A stretch of DNA of 64,000 bases, from assembly GCA_024679065.1 (NCBI GenBank), contig JAGIQG010000005.1, positions 92,256,001-92,320,000 of the forward strand, in the 5' to 3' direction. Below, one piece after another: positions 1-13,500 of this stretch. Position numbers and translations under genes: made by a program. The DNA is from Sphyrna mokarran. Lineage: Eukaryota. Numbering within the stretch: the stretch's first letter is position 1; each line of letters starts with the position of its first letter. Under the pieces are notes generated by a model. That model did no database searches. It was not told where the DNA came from and saw only the letters and a program-made list of their open reading frames with translations.

Positions 1-1245
1 GACAATTGCACACTCCTGGGTGACTTGCACAGACGTGCATGACAGTCATATTATGGTCACGCACTCGTTGAATAGAAAGTGGAACCCCTTTCCGCTGATG
101 AATCCCAGTGGATTCTGTAGGGGGTCCTTGAGGACGATGGTGTGCAGTCGATGGCTCCCTGTACGTCCCTGCAATGGCTGCGAACCCTGCAGCCTGGACT
201 TCCTGATGGGCTTGGTCCAGGTTAAATTTGATGTACAGGCCAGCCTGGGGGTACAGGGCTTCTGTGATCTGCCTCACACAGATATGCACAGCTGATTGGG
301 AGATGCCACAGACATCTCCACTAGGGGTCTGGAAGGAGATAGTCGCATAAAAGTTCAGAGAAGCGTAAATTTGACAACAACCAAGAGTAGGTGTCCCTTC
401 CCTGCCTCTAGGTGCCAGGTCCTGCAACAGATTGCACTGATGTTGCACTATCTCATTTCGGAGGCAGAGGTGGAGACATCAGCGATATGGTGTCTGGCAT
501 CTGTTCAAATGACTCTCATGCAAGGAACTACCGGATCTCTGTTCCCTCCTTCTTCTACCAACATCCCTCCCACCTTACCCGCACCCCCCTGCCCTCCAGT
601 CACCCCCACCACCTCGGAATAATGGTGGCCACCTCCTGCCTCTAGTAGTCATTCCCCCTAGTCGTGCAAGTGGTAATGTCTGGGCCTCTTGTGTCCGCAA
701 TTCTTCTCCAGCTCCTTCTCCTCAGCTCCAACAGCAACCAAATGAACAGCAAGATAGATCAACTGCTTTGCAAAAGTCACCTCATCACTCTGAAGAATTG
801 GGGTGGGGGGGGTATGGTGATGGAGAGAAACACATGTCACATGTAGAGATTAAGGAACACTGCTTGCCCTTAGAAGAGCAAAAATCATTGTCTATACCCC
901 CTAGTTCCCCCAGCTACATGCTCCCCACTCTGTTCTTACCTCCTCCTCACTAACCCTTACTGATGAAGCGCACAAATCAGAGTTTTATGGAGCAGATCTA
1001 CCGATTTGGGATTGGCGAACATGGTGGTAAAGAGGAAGTGCCAGTAAAGTTGGGCATGCGACCCATTAATTCAATTTAAATGCATTTAAATGGCTGTCAC
1101 ACCCATTTCAGGTGCAGTCCCGATCATGTCCATTTTCGGGTCCTTGCTGAAGGGAGAACTGGCGCGGAGGTGAGTGCAGATCATGCTGCTTGCCTCACAT
1201 TCGATTTACCAAGTTTTCTCTCAACTCAATGGTAAAATCAGGCCC
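1..1245 (-). mobile_element. PIF/Harbinger DNA transposon right part (cut by window start) with decayed transposase
   Basis: Reverse complement of 1-200 gives frameshifted AAGFAAIAG..VQGAIDCT..FISGKGFH..MHVCASHPG (Harbinger DDE motifs). Terminus TGGTAAAATCAGGCCC ends at 1245, identical to the end at 32666 and similar to 49661. Confidence 0.85.
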
Positions 1246-1695
1246 TGAGTTTTGATTGGGCACCCAGACCAGGTGACCCTTACCCTGCTGTGATGTCCTT
1301 ACAGGGTCAATTGCAACAGTTCTTCAAATCTTATTGCTAAAAGAGAGAAAAATGAGTGCTGCTATATTAATTTGTTCATATTGATGTTTAGACTTCTGTC
1401 ATCTTTCTGCTTAACTCTGAAAATCCCATTCCCCACTAATAGTGATGTTGCAAAGTCCTGCCTATTGATATAGTTTCTTTATTGCAGAATATTCATCTTG
1501 GATGACCTGCATGGAATAGTATGCTAGAGTAGTGCCATAAAGGGCTATTTTGCAGTGAGACTTCCAGCTCTTCTCAAGGTAATTTGACAGCAGCTCCAGG
1601 AACCCCACTTTAGAATGGCTACTGTGATCGCATGACCCCTCTAAAGGGCAATCCTTCACAGACTATATGAGCAGGCCAGAACCAAAGGAGCAATA

Positions 1696-2018
1696 GGAGC
1701 GGCACAGTAACACAGTGGTTAGCACTGCTGCTTCACATCTTCGATTCCCGGCTCGGGTCACTGTCTGTGTGAAGTTTGCACATTCTCCTCGCGTCTGCCT
1801 GGGATTCCTCCGGGTGCTCCGGTTTCCTCCCACAGTCCAAAGATGTGTAGGTCAGGTTGATTGGCCATGCTAAAATTGCCCCTTAGTGTCCTGGGATGCT
1901 TAGTTAAAGGGATTAGTAGGCTGTGTACGGATATGGAAGTAGGGCCTGGGTGGGATTATGATGGGTGCAGACTCAATGCGCCGAAGAGCCTCTTTCTGCA
2001 CTGTAGGGTTTCTATGAT
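1696..2018 (+). mobile_element. HE1-like tRNA-derived SINE
   Basis: CACAGTGGTTAGCACTGCTGC head, TTCGATTCCC B-box, GGGTGCTCCGGTTTCCTCCCACAGTCCAAAGATGTG core, TTCTATGA tail. Confidence 0.9.
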
Positions 2019-2214
2019 GGTGTGCATTCCTGGGGCTGGAAGGCTTCAGTTGGAGTCAGGGCATTGTCGGGAGTAGATATGCAACATTGTGCTGTTAATT
2101 CCTTAATTATATGTACGAAATAATTCCTCAGAGGCTGGCATCCCTTCATCAGATTCCCTTCATTTATAAACTTATTTCTACTCCTAAGAGTGTTCCAGGT
2201 ACAAAGTCAGAATC

Positions 2215-2480
2215 TGGAATGCTAGTCGGCCATTTGTTCCCTTGAGTCTGTTCCAATATTCAGTGGGATCTGATCGTGGTTTTATCTCCAATTTCCTGCC
2301 TGTTGGCACCCTTGTAGATTAAAAATCTGCCTGACTCAATCTTGAACATATTCAATAACTCAGCCTCCACTGCTCATTGGAGTGGTGAATTCCAGAGATT
2401 AATGAACCTCTGAAAGAAATCATTTCCTCATCTCATTTCAACTGGGAAGTCACCTATTTTAAAACAGTGCCTTCAATCTT
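2215..2480 (-). mobile_element. old CR1 LINE 3' fragment
   Basis: Degenerate similarity to the 3' ends of the younger CR1 copies in this window (GCCTCCACTGC..GAATTCCAGAGATT..CCTCTGAAAGAAA). Confidence 0.5.
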
Positions 2481-4260
2481 AAATAGGGTAAAAAGAGGAT
2501 ATTTAGCAGCTGCGGGCAAGGGAAATTTGGTGACCTTTGCTTGCCTTTTGGCTTGTGGTTAAGCAGCAAGGAGTAGACTTTCAGAAGATCGTGGGAGAAA
2601 ATGTTAGAGGGGGGTGGTGGTGATGGTGGCTATAGGAAAAGCTTCAATTTTCCTTCTGAGCCCCAGAAAAATGGTTTTCTTCCTCCCGGCCCCACAAAGG
2701 GACATTTTTGACTTCAAGGGCCTTTTAGGCTTTCCCACCAGCTGCTGACATATTTCAGCTTGAGAAAGAAAGCTACAGAGTTTTCACCATTCAGGCCCTA
2801 GTGAAATTTGCTGTCACTGTCTTACATAGTAGGATCCCAATTTGCACAAAGGTATGAGGCTCTTTCCTATACTTTAAGCAGGTATCTCAGCCGCTGCAGA
2901 ACACAATGGGCTAGCATGAGAAACAGTAAAGGGTCAGGGTCAAGGATTTTAAGCACCTCGCTCATTCCGTAACCATAAAATTCCACCCAAGATCAACAGA
3001 CCTTCCAATGCTCCGCCCCTCACCCGCTCCAAGTCCTAAGGCGGGTAGGCCACTGAAATTCCAGCCATAATCAACTTGTTTTTTGTTTAAACCTGTCTGG
3101 TTTCCAATCATGAGATTGGGTTAAAACCAACCTCTGTAATTTAAGCTAAAATATTCGAGTCAAAAATGTCGTTAATGAATCCATCAGCGTTGAATTTAAT
3201 TTCCAATTTTATTGTATCAATTTTTTTCTCTCCAATGGTTCCTCATAGCTCTCTGATTAGTTAGAATGTATATTTTTTAACTTCTGCTTTGAACCCTGCT
3301 CAGACTGTCAGCTACATGTAATTAGCTTTGACAGTTTCCACTCTGTTTTTTTTTGGATGACAACTGTACAAAAATCGACCATAATTTGGATTTAATTGCC
3401 ATTGAGTTGGCAACCTCACTCAGAGGACACGAAAAAGTTTGTGTCAAACATGAAAAAATAGATTATGGATCTATTACCCAGAGGTCATACTGGGTAATAG
3501 ATCCATACTCTATACCCAACACGCAACACCCAGTTATGTGACACAATATTAGGGATGATTCTCCCGTCCCGCTGTGTTAATTTTTTTTAGTGCAGCAGGG
3601 TGGAAATTCAAGCAGTGGCTGATTCGTGCTGGCATCCTGTCCTTTGTGTATCTCCCAGCCTAAACTTTTTGGCGTTGATGAATCCAAGCTGAAAATAAGT
3701 GTAACAGATATTAGCATGCATTTACATTCCTTACCATCTAATTAGCAGGTCTGCGACTAGAATCTCTGCCCCCCCACTCTGGTATGATGACATGCTGGCA
3801 AGGATTACAACTGCTGCATTAAGGTTGGGACATAGCGTGGCAGCATTGAACAGGACTAAGGAGGTAAGTGTTATGGAGCTGCAGCCGCTGAAGTGCAGGG
3901 GAGATTGGAGACAGGGCCTTGCAGTGGGGTAGTCCTTGGAGAGTTGGAAGTGTTGTCCCCAGGCACAGGAATGTTCCATGTAGTTTCTGGGGGTGTGTGG
4001 TTGATTCCTTTACTGAATACTGGTTAGGCTGCAGTCTGGAGCCACTGGTTTGTTCCATTGTTCTGTCTGTGGGGTGTGGTGACGGACTGGACAGAGCGCT
4101 GGATTTAAGGAAGGAGGGGAAGTGCACCATGTGCTGTTTGAGGGCTCATCATTTCAGGCAGCTGGTGCTCCAAGCAGAGGTGTTCTGGTTAATATAGTCA
4201 CTGATACTACATGTGCCAGTGAGAGTCCCAACCATGGTCAGCAGGTTCTCCCATATGGCC

Positions 4261-5556
4261 CTATAGCCACAGAACAATGTGTGTCCAGGATACCAGCAAC
4301 ACCTTTGGCCGTGTCTCCAGGATGGCCTGGACCTTGTCACCCATGAGGCTAGATCCGAGTGCCAGACTTTCCACTGCAGACACCACTCTTGCTGTGTTGA
4401 CCTGGTTCTCATGCTGTGTTGGCATCACTTCCTGCAATAGCACTATGTTTGACTCCTTTAAATAGCCTTGCAGTCGCAGCATTGTTGCTGACAGCCCGTC
4501 CACAACTCCCTGGATTTGCTGATGCCCAGTATCTGGCTTGGGGCCAGCTGATACCTCACCTCTGGCAAACCTCCATGTGCCCGAGCCCTTAGATGCGCCC
4601 ACGTCCACCCGATGGGCATCAGCGACTGTGATGTGCTCACTGGTGAGCAGAAGCAGAAGTGTCAGCATGAACCAGATAGTCTCTGTGTTAGTGGGTTGTG
4701 CTGTTGGTACCTGTGCCAATTCACTGATGCTACCCTCAGAGAATTCCTCAGGGTTTCCCTTCGAGGTGTCATCCGAGGTATCCACGGGAGTTGGATCAGG
4801 AGCATCAGGGAAGGGGCCGTGACATCAGAAAGTTCATCAAATTCCAGCACTGTAAGAAAAACATACATTCGGGGAAGAGAGGGGAAAAAAGCCCATGCAG
4901 CATTAATCCAAAGAAAACTCAAGAATAGGGTTCAGCTGATGCTCACGTGCATGCCCGATGTTGATCTGGCTGACAGTGCCCATTCTAAGTGTACCCTGCC
5001 AGCTCCAGGGCACGCTGCTCAGACCCCGTCAGCAGCCGCAGATCCACCGCCAGTTTTCTCCTTCTCCAATGGGGACATAAGGGGGAGTGAAAGCATGATG
5101 TCTGGAAGGACCTGGGGTGCAATGTGTGTGGGGGTTGGGGAGCTAGCGTTGGCCATTTTGGGGAAATGGATTCCCACTGGGATTGCTGATTAAGGGGATG
5201 CCACTGGGGTTAGAGGCAGTACTTGGCAGGGTGCGATTGGTGGCTACCCTTGAGGTGTATGGGGATGGTTTGACATTGTAAGCGCAGCACATATTCAGGT
5301 ATCAGAATGGGATGCACACTCATCCTTGCCACCCAAAAAAGATCGTTTGCCTTCATATGGTACTGCTCTCTGGATCAAGGGGTCAGTATTCTGTCATTCA
5401 CTACAGATGTTACGGCCTCCCATACGGCGCTTGATGCACGACCCCGTGAGCAACAGCCCCGAGTAGGGTACAGCAGTCGTCACTTTCCTCCATCTTATTC
5501 AGCAGGCAGGTCTGCTCAGACTCTGAAAATCTGGAAGTGCTTTTCTTGGGTGCCAT
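4261..5556 (-). pseudogene. Harbinger Myb/SANT-like DNA-binding gene, three exons, disrupted
   Basis: Exon 1 5556-5324: MAPKKSTSRFSESEQTCLLNKMEE..AVWEAVTSVVN..KANDLFWVAR, donor decayed to ATGAGT. Exon 2 ends 4947 (EKEKTGGG). Exon 3 from 4849 joins track ORF 4261-4785. Confidence 0.75.
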
Positions 5557-5623
5557 CGTCCTGGCACGACTGCCTGTGCGTTCATCATTGTAGCTTATAT
5601 ACAGCACTGTCTTGTTAAGGGAG

Positions 5624-5967
5624 CCATGATGTGGAGATGCTGGCATTGGACTGGGATAAGCACAATAAGAAGTCTCTCTTAAAGATACAAACAATGTAAC
5701 ATTGTAATTGTAACAATATAACAATCTCACACTGTACCTTTAAGACTTGATTACCTGTAAAGACCCGGATTCCAATCATTATTTTGTAGATTGAGTTTGT
5801 GGCTTTATATGCCTTGTTTGTGAACTGAAATCCCACTCACCTGACGAAGGAGCAGTGCTCTGAAAGCGAGTGGTTTTTGCTACCAAATAAACCTGTCAGA
5901 CTTTAACCTGGTGTTGTGAGACGTCTTATTGTGTTTACCCTAGTCCAATGCTGGCATCTCCACATCG
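5624..5967 (+). mobile_element. non-coding Penelope-like (pLTR) insertion with hammerhead motif and inverted ends
   Basis: Direct repeat TTGTTAAGGGAG at 5612-5623 and 5968-5979; ~53 bp inverted ends; hammerhead core at 5841-5865 followed by AATAAA. Confidence 0.85.
5833..5873 (+). ncRNA. minimal hammerhead ribozyme motif, probably inactivated
   Basis: CAC-CTGACGA-A-GGAGC/AGT/GCTCT-GAAA-GC-GA-GTG. The expected U before the cleavage base is G. Confidence 0.7.
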
Positions 5968-7149
5968 TTGTTAAGGGAGTCCAGGTGCAGTCAGCTTGGG
6001 CCAGTCATGGGCCCATTAGTTAATTTTCATTGTGAATAATGTTCAGGTAACCTGGTTTCAATAGAGGGTGAGCCATCTCCAAAACTGCTGATCGGATGAA
6101 CTCAACAATACACTGTGGCCCGGAGAGGGGGGGGGGGGGGTGTTGATCAAGGGTTGCGCTCAACAAGGTGAATGCTCGAAGGCAGGGGGTGTACACGGCA
6201 GCACAGCACTGTGTGTGTGAAAAGCAGTAGTGAAGCCAGTGCTCTGTGTGGTGTGAAGAGGTGTGGGGGAATGGGGGGTGCTGGAATGGGGAGTCCAGTG
6301 ATGTCCCAGAGACTAGCGCATGTGCAGGGCCCTGCTCAGTGCACTGATTTCAGCCTCTTCAGTGGGAATAGACCCCACCCTTGGATTTTTAGAATGATTC
6401 ACACTCGTGCCCTCACAGTATACAGAGTGTGAGAGATTCACTTTGAAAACCCTTCTGAAAAAAAAACCACCAGGATTTACTCCAGTGGGACTTATTCGAA
6501 GTTTCATGCAAATTCGACACATACGTTTTTTGAGAGAATCCGCACCCATTGTTCACAACACAGGTATCACCTGAACAGCACAAGATAAACTTGCTGATAA
6601 ATCTCCATTCATGATTTCAATCCTGTTGCAATTAAGCTGAGGATTTCTCTTCTTTCCAGCATGGGACCATTTCTGGCAAGGCTGGCACTTATTGCTCAGC
6701 AGTAATGGCCCTGAGAAGTTGAATTAGCAGAAATCCTGCAGAAACAGCTTTAGCAATGCAGAGTGTGTTCCTAATGTTAGACACAGTGATCTTTTCTGTC
6801 AGAACACCCTGGGAACAGGAACACTAAGTGGAAGTTTCTGCTCCGGAGATTAAGTGCACTTGAGGATAGGACTAATGGCAAGTTTTTCATTGAATCAGGT
6901 TCTGATGTCTGATCTTCTGCTTGAAATCTTGTTAATTATGCAAAAGCGAGCTGCTTGCTGAATTATGCGTCATCATGGCATTTTGCACACATTTTGCACT
7001 CAGTATCATACAGCTCAGTTAGTGGGGAGACATTAGGATTGAATACCTATATTCAACAACATCTCACTTGTCATTTTGCACAAACAATATCATCAGCCCT
7101 TGCTGGAGAAGGCTCAGCACACACAATGGGCATGTATGCTTCCCAACTT

Positions 7150-8185
7150 CTGCTCCACCCCTTCTCATCATATTCCATCCATTTTTGTTGCAAACCACAA
7201 CAAAAGGGAGAAATTCCAGACTGCAGCTGGGACATTCAACAGATCAGCAAACTAAAGGAAAATGCTGCCACGTTTGTGGCATGGATGGAGATCGCTGTGA
7301 TGTGAAAGATGGCAACAGTCTATCCAGCAAACCAGTGTGGATGAGTCCTTCCTAAATTGATCACATTCTGACATTCACAATGAGTGACAGGCAGTTGTGT
7401 ATTCAGCCTGCTCATGAACTAAATGTATCTTCTCTCTCTTCCAGGTAGCTGCAGACCCAGACAGACCAGCACAGGCAACATAAGCCCCACTCCCTAAGCC
7501 AGCATGGAGGAGGATGGCGAAGATCAATTTGAAGAAGACCCATCATTGCATTTGCCTGCTCCCTCCATCAGCACAGAGACACACAGCGCGGAGAGTAATA
7601 GATAGAGATTAGGCTCAGGGTCACATTCTGGGGGACATCTCACTGACACATGTCCACAGCCAGAGGCAGTGATATCTCAAGTCACTGGCACTCAGAGAAC
7701 TGCTGGAGAACAGGTACCCACTGAGTCTGAGTCAGTTGATGATCGTCTGGAAGCAGAGATGCAAAGACAGGTGGTGGAACATCAGGCAGAGTTGTGAGAG
7801 GCAGTCAACAGACTAGAGCAAAGGATGGAGGATTCTGTCTGAAGGAGTGACTCCAACATGTGAGCGCCTTGAGATCTCCATGCAGAGGTCTTGGAACTTT
7901 GGCCCAACAGGTTTGCCGAATTTGCCCTCGGACATTCATTCCATCGCTATAACATTGGTGGTGAAGGGGGGCGGGCGGAGCTATTAGGAGCCTCAAAGAA
8001 TTAGGCAGGTGCCCTTGAGTACCAGCAGGGAGGAGGACCAGCAGCTGAACATCTCAGGGCCATCACCCAAGTGACTGTGAGAGTTTTCAGCTGATTCCAA
8101 TCCCCCCGCCGGTGACCCCATCAGCAACAGTTCCACAGGCTGGGGAGGGTTCACTTGTTCCATCTCCAGAAGAACATCTGCTGAA
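7150..8185 (+). pseudogene. decayed Harbinger Myb/SANT-associated gene, downstream exons
   Basis: Acceptor TCTTCTCTCTCTTCCAG at ~7444 followed by an acidic Ser/Thr-rich frame resembling exon 3 of the other Harbinger copies; converges on the transposase at 9330-10200. Confidence 0.4.
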
Positions 8186-8516
8186 ATCATAGAATCCCTA
8201 CAGAACACAAGGAGGCCATTCAGCCCATCTATATTGATCGCAATCCCATCCAGGCCCTATTCCTGTAACCCAACGCATTTGTCTTGCGAATCCCCCCTGA
8301 CAATACGGTCACTTTACCATGGCCAATCCACCTAACTCCCCCATCTTTGGACTGCGGAGGGAAATCAGAACACCCAGAGGAAATGCATGCAGATTCCATG
8401 AAGTCTTGATTTCTCCCAAGGAAACTCGACACAGACAGGGACGTGAGGCCAGAATTGAACCTGGGACTCTAGCGCTATGAGGCAGCAGCGCTAACCACTG
8501 TGCCACCATGCCGCCC
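8186..8516 (-). mobile_element. HE1-like SINE
   Basis: Reverse complement of SINE head (GCTAACCACTGTGCCACCATGCCGCCC) and tail (ATCATAGAATCCCTACAG). Confidence 0.9.
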
Positions 8517-9329
8517 AAGACACAGGGATTAGTAGTCAACAGGTTGTCTCCACATCTGCTGCAGAGACTGGGGATGCACCAAGATGAAGCAGTATGGTTA
8601 GAAAGATAAAGAAACCTTAATATCACTTTTGGGCCACAAGAATTCAATGTACATATCATGAATCTTTGTAAATACATCTGCTATTTATGACAATGATCTT
8701 GTCATTTGAATGTTTCTTGCGCATGGGCATCGATGAGGCCTCTTATTGCGAGGATCACCCAAACTCCCTCTCTGTGATCACCTCTATTTGTGAGCCTGAA
8801 ATACATGTGGTGTTTAGCTAACTCATTTTAGTCATGTGCCCTATGTCTAATGTCAGGGAAATGTGTTAACCTCTTTACTGAAAGTGAATGTAAATTGTGT
8901 TAGGAATTTAAGACACCATGGAGTGATGTGTGCTAAACTGCATTGCAGACTTACCATTCATGTTGTTTTTTCATCAGTTTGTGCCAAAGCACGGGACATG
9001 AAGCCATGATTGTCTCTCCAGCCATATGTCTAACTCTGTGGCAGCAAGAAGTATTTCAGTTAGAAGGACACAACTGTATCAAATCTACTTGGTGCAGGCT
9101 TTGCACTAGTATATTGCGTTTCACTCCCAAAACAGTTATGTACAGCTTTGGTTGCTGACCTTTCCAAAGATTAGGACCTGGTACAACATGAAGGTTGGAG
9201 GTCCAAGGCCTAATGTTGACTTTGCTCTTGATGTTCATGGTTGTAATGGCCTTTCAGATCACTGGCCTGTCATTAAGGTACAAGACAGATGTACTTGGAT
9301 GTCTTTGCCAGCACTTAACTCTTCCTGGA

Positions 9330-10200
9330 ATCTTGTGGCTATACGATTTTGCGGATTTGATGCTATCCTCATGTAGAAACACCAGATCATCATCCTCTTC
9401 AATTTTCTGCCCTTCCAATTCTTCATCATGTGAGGTGTTGGCCTCTTCCATGTCTCCTCCAGCAAGTGATCTCCCCTTTGAATCATCAGGTTTTGTAGGG
9501 CACAACAGACCATGATGATGTGGGACGCTGTCTGTGAAGACTTTGCAGAGCTGCAGTTGAACAGTCCAAGCATCAGATGTGTACATCTTTGGGCTGTTAG
9601 TGGTCTGCTCTATGATGGACTTTGTCCAATTATGTGCTGTGTTGTATTTCTTCTCTGATGCACTTTAATATTGTCACATTGGTTTCATGAGCCATTGGTT
9701 CAATGGGTACTTTTATCACCAGTTCAGTGAGTACCCCCTATCATCAAGCAACCAGCCCTGTAAGCATCGTGGCAGCTGGGGTGACTCAGGATGTATGAGT
9801 CATGGGAACTCCCAGAGGAACTGGCACAAACATACATGAGGTGCTTCTGATGTTTATCCACCAGCTGAACATTTAGGGAATGGAACTCTTTCCCGAGCGC
9901 ATCCAGGATATGTTCAACATTACCAATGCTTTCACTGTGTCTGCTCTGGTTAGTGATTACACCGAACCTGCACTTTTGGAATGAGTGGATGCCCTTCAGC
10001 CCATCATCCAATGTCATTTGGAGAAAACATCTTAGAGGCTTTGATTGATCATCCTGCAGATATCCAGCAGCTCACATTTCTGTCTGTTTACGCTCAAATT
10101 GATCAACTTCATTGTGAACCCAAATCTAATGTTAAAGAGCCCCAAATGGCAATGGATCTAATTGCACCTTCTCAATAAACTCTTCTGAGGTCTACCAGCT
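9330..10200 (-). pseudogene. Harbinger DDE transposase (HARBI1-like) remnant
   Basis: Track ORFs contain KEFHSLNVQLVD..VCASSSGSSHDSYIL and HIIMVCCALQNL, followed by an acidic tail; multiple frameshifts. Confidence 0.85.
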
Positions 10201-10514
10201 CAGGCTCCATTTCCATGTTATTATTTGAAGCAGTGTGACCCCTGTTAGGACCCTTATATCCAGCCTTGGGTTCCTCCCACACAGCCCCAGAACTCTTTCC
10301 TTGCAGGTTCTTTTCCAGTTCTTATTTTAAACTGTGCCCTAACTTTGGGCTGTCAAGATAGTGATACTGCATTTTTACTTTGTGACCAGTTTCTCTCCCG
10401 TCGATCATCCTGGCAGCTCACAGTGCTGAGATAGAACTCCCTCTGGTGATTCCCCAGCCTACTCCAGTAACCATCATTAGTGAGCTAACCTCACATTGAC
10501 TGTATCCCTGCAGC

Positions 10515-13500
10515 AAAGGAAAATTACAACACAAGAACAGGCCCTTCAGCCCTCCAAGATTGCACCACCATGCTGCCTGACTAAACTAAAACCCCCTACC
10601 CTGCCGGAGACCATATCCCTCTATTCCCATCCTATTCATGTATAGGTCAAGATGCCCCTTAAAAGTCACTATCATATCTGCTTCCACTATCTTCCCTGGT
10701 AACGAGTTCCTGGCACCCACCACCTTCAGTGTAAAAAACTTACCTCATACATCTTCTTTAAATCTTGTCCCTCATACCTTAAACTTATGCTCCCGAGAAT
10801 TGACTCTTCCACCCTGGGAAAAAGCTTCTGACAATTCACTCTGTCCATGCCCCTCATAATCTTGTAGACTTCTATTGGGTCGCCCCTCAATCTCTGTCAT
10901 TTCAGTGACAACAAACCAAGTTTCTCCAACCTCTCCTCATAGTTAATGCCCTCCACACCAGGCAGCATCCTGATAAATCTTTTCTGTACCCTCTCTAAAG
11001 CCTCCACATTCTTCTGGTAGTGTGGCGTCTAGAGTTGAACAATATCTTCCAAGTGCGGCCTAACCAAGGTTCTATAAAGCTGTAACATGACTTGTCAATT
11101 TTTAAACTCAGTGCCCTAGCCGATGAAGGCAAGCATGCCATATGCCTTCTTGACTATTTTCTCCATCTGCATTGCTACTTTCAGTGACCTGTGTACCTAT
11201 ATACCCAGATCCCTCTGCCTATCAATACTGTTAAGGGTTCTGCCATTTGCTTATATTTCCTAAATGCATTAGACCTTCCAAAATGTATTACTTCACATTT
11301 GTCTGGATTACACTCCATCTGTCATCTCTCCATTCAAGTCTCCAATTTGTCTGTATCCTCTGATGACCCTCATAGCTTTGTGTCATCTGCAAACTTACTT
11401 ATCAAGCCAGTTGCATTTTCTACCAAATCATCTATATATATATTACAAACAACAAAGGTTCCAGCATTGATCCCTGAGGAATGCCATTTGTCACAATCGT
11501 CCATTCAGAAATATACCCTTCCACTGCTACTTTCTGTTTTCTATGACCGAGCCAGTTCTGTATCCACCTTGCTAGCTCACTTCTGATCCCATGCAACTTC
11601 ACTTTCTGCATCAGTCTGCCATGAGGGACCTTGTCAAAGGCCTTACTAAAGTCCATATAAACAACATTCACTGCCCTACTCTCATCAATCATCTTCGAAA
11701 CTTCCTTGAAAATCTTGATCAAATTAGTGACACATGACCTCCCCTTCACAAAACCATGTTGCCTCTCATTAATCAATCCACTTATTTCCAAGTGGAATAA
11801 ATCCTGTCTCAAAGAATACTCTCCAATAATTTCCCTACCACTGACGTAAGGCTCACTGGCCTGTAATTACCTGGATTATTCTTGCTACCCTTCTTAAACA
11901 AAGGAACAACATTGACTATTCTTCAATCCTCACGGACCTTCCCTGTAGCCAGTGGGAATACAAAGGCTTTTCTCAAGGAAACAGGCTATTTCCTCCATTG
12001 CATTTCTTGGGTACATCTCATCAGGCCCAAGGGATTTGTCTACCTTAATGTTTCTCAAGAATCCCAATACTGCCTCCTTTTTGATCTCAACATGACTCAA
12101 ACTGTCTACACACCCTTTTTCAGACTCATCATCCAATAGATCCTTCTCTTTGGTGAATACTGACGTAAAAGTGAATACTCACTTATTACCTTGTCCATTT
12201 GCTCTGGTTCCACGTATAGATCCCCTCCCCTGTCTTTGAGTGGGCCAATCCTCTCCTTGGCTACCCTCTTGTTTTTTATATATATGTATAAAAAGCCTTG
12301 GGGCAGCACATAAGCACGGTGGGGTTAGCATTGCTGCTTCACAGCTCCAGGGAACTGGGTTCGATTCCCACCTTGGGTCACTGCCTGTGTGGAGTTTGCA
12401 CATTCTCCTCATGTCTGTGTGGGGTTCCTCTGGGTGCTCCAGTTTCCTCCCACAATCCAAAGATGTGCGCTTTAGGTTGATTGGTCATTCTAAAAATTGC
12501 CCTTAGTGTCCTGAGATGCATAGATTAGAAGGATTAGTGGGTAAATATATAGGGATATTGGGGTAGGGCCTGGGTGGGATTGTTGTTGGTGCAGATTTGA
12601 TGGGTTAAATGGCCTCTTTCTGAACTGTAGAGTTTCTACGATTTTCCTTAATCCTACAGGCCAATGATTTTTCATGACCCCTTTTAGCCCTCCTTACTCC
12701 TTGCTTAAAATTCTTTCTACTTTACTTGCATTCCACTCTTGCTTCATGTGTTCTCAGCCTCCTAACCTTGACAAATGCTTTCTTCTTCTCTTTGACTAGG
12801 CTTACAATATTGCTCTTTATCCAATGTTCCCAAAACTTGTCATTCTTATCCTTCATTCTTACAGGAATATGATTGTCCTGAATCATATTTACCCTGAATT
12901 CAATTTACCCTTGAAATCCTCCCACATGCCAGATGTTGATTTGCCCTAAAATATCTGTCCCCGGTCTACAATCTTTAGTTCCTGGCTAATATTGTTGCAA
13001 TTAGCTTACCCCCAATTTAGCATCTTCACCTGAGGACTACATTTATTTTTATCCATCAGGACTTCAAACTTACTGAATTGTGGTCACTGTTCCCGAACTG
13101 CTCCCCTACTGGAATGTCGACCATCTGACCAGGCTCATGGCCTAATACCAAGTCCAGTATGACCCCTTCCTAAATTGGACTATTACATACTGTTTTCACA
13201 AAACTCTCCTGGGTGCTCCTTACAAACTCTGCCCCATCCATGCCCCTGACACAAAGTGAGTCCCAGTCAATATAGGGAAAGTGAAAATCCCCCTCCACAA
13301 CAACTGTGTTACTTTTACACATTGCCAAAATCTGCCTACATATCTGTTCCTCTATTTCCCACTGGCTGTTGGGCAGCCTATAGTAAACCCCTAACATTGT
13401 GACTACCCCCTTCCTATTCCTGAACTCTACCCATATTGCCTCACTGTATGAGCCTTCTGAGTGTCTTCCACAGTATAGCTGTGATTCTCCTTAACCAATA

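Larger units (their letters stand above)
3552..6547 (-). mobile_element. PIF/Harbinger element with spliced Myb/SANT gene remnant
   Basis: TIR-like ends GGGATGATTCTCCC (3552) and GAGAGAATCCGCACCC (6547). The flanks differ (TTA/ATT), so pairing of these ends is uncertain. Internal Myb/SANT remnant. Confidence 0.6.

Noticed and set aside
5626-5968. Classical DNA-transposon MITE
   Set aside because: Relatives show variable TSD and inversion lengths and carry a hammerhead plus poly(A) signal, favouring a Penelope-type origin.
9254-10178. Domesticated HARBI1 host gene
   Set aside because: Multiple frameshifts and stops; several related decayed copies in the window.
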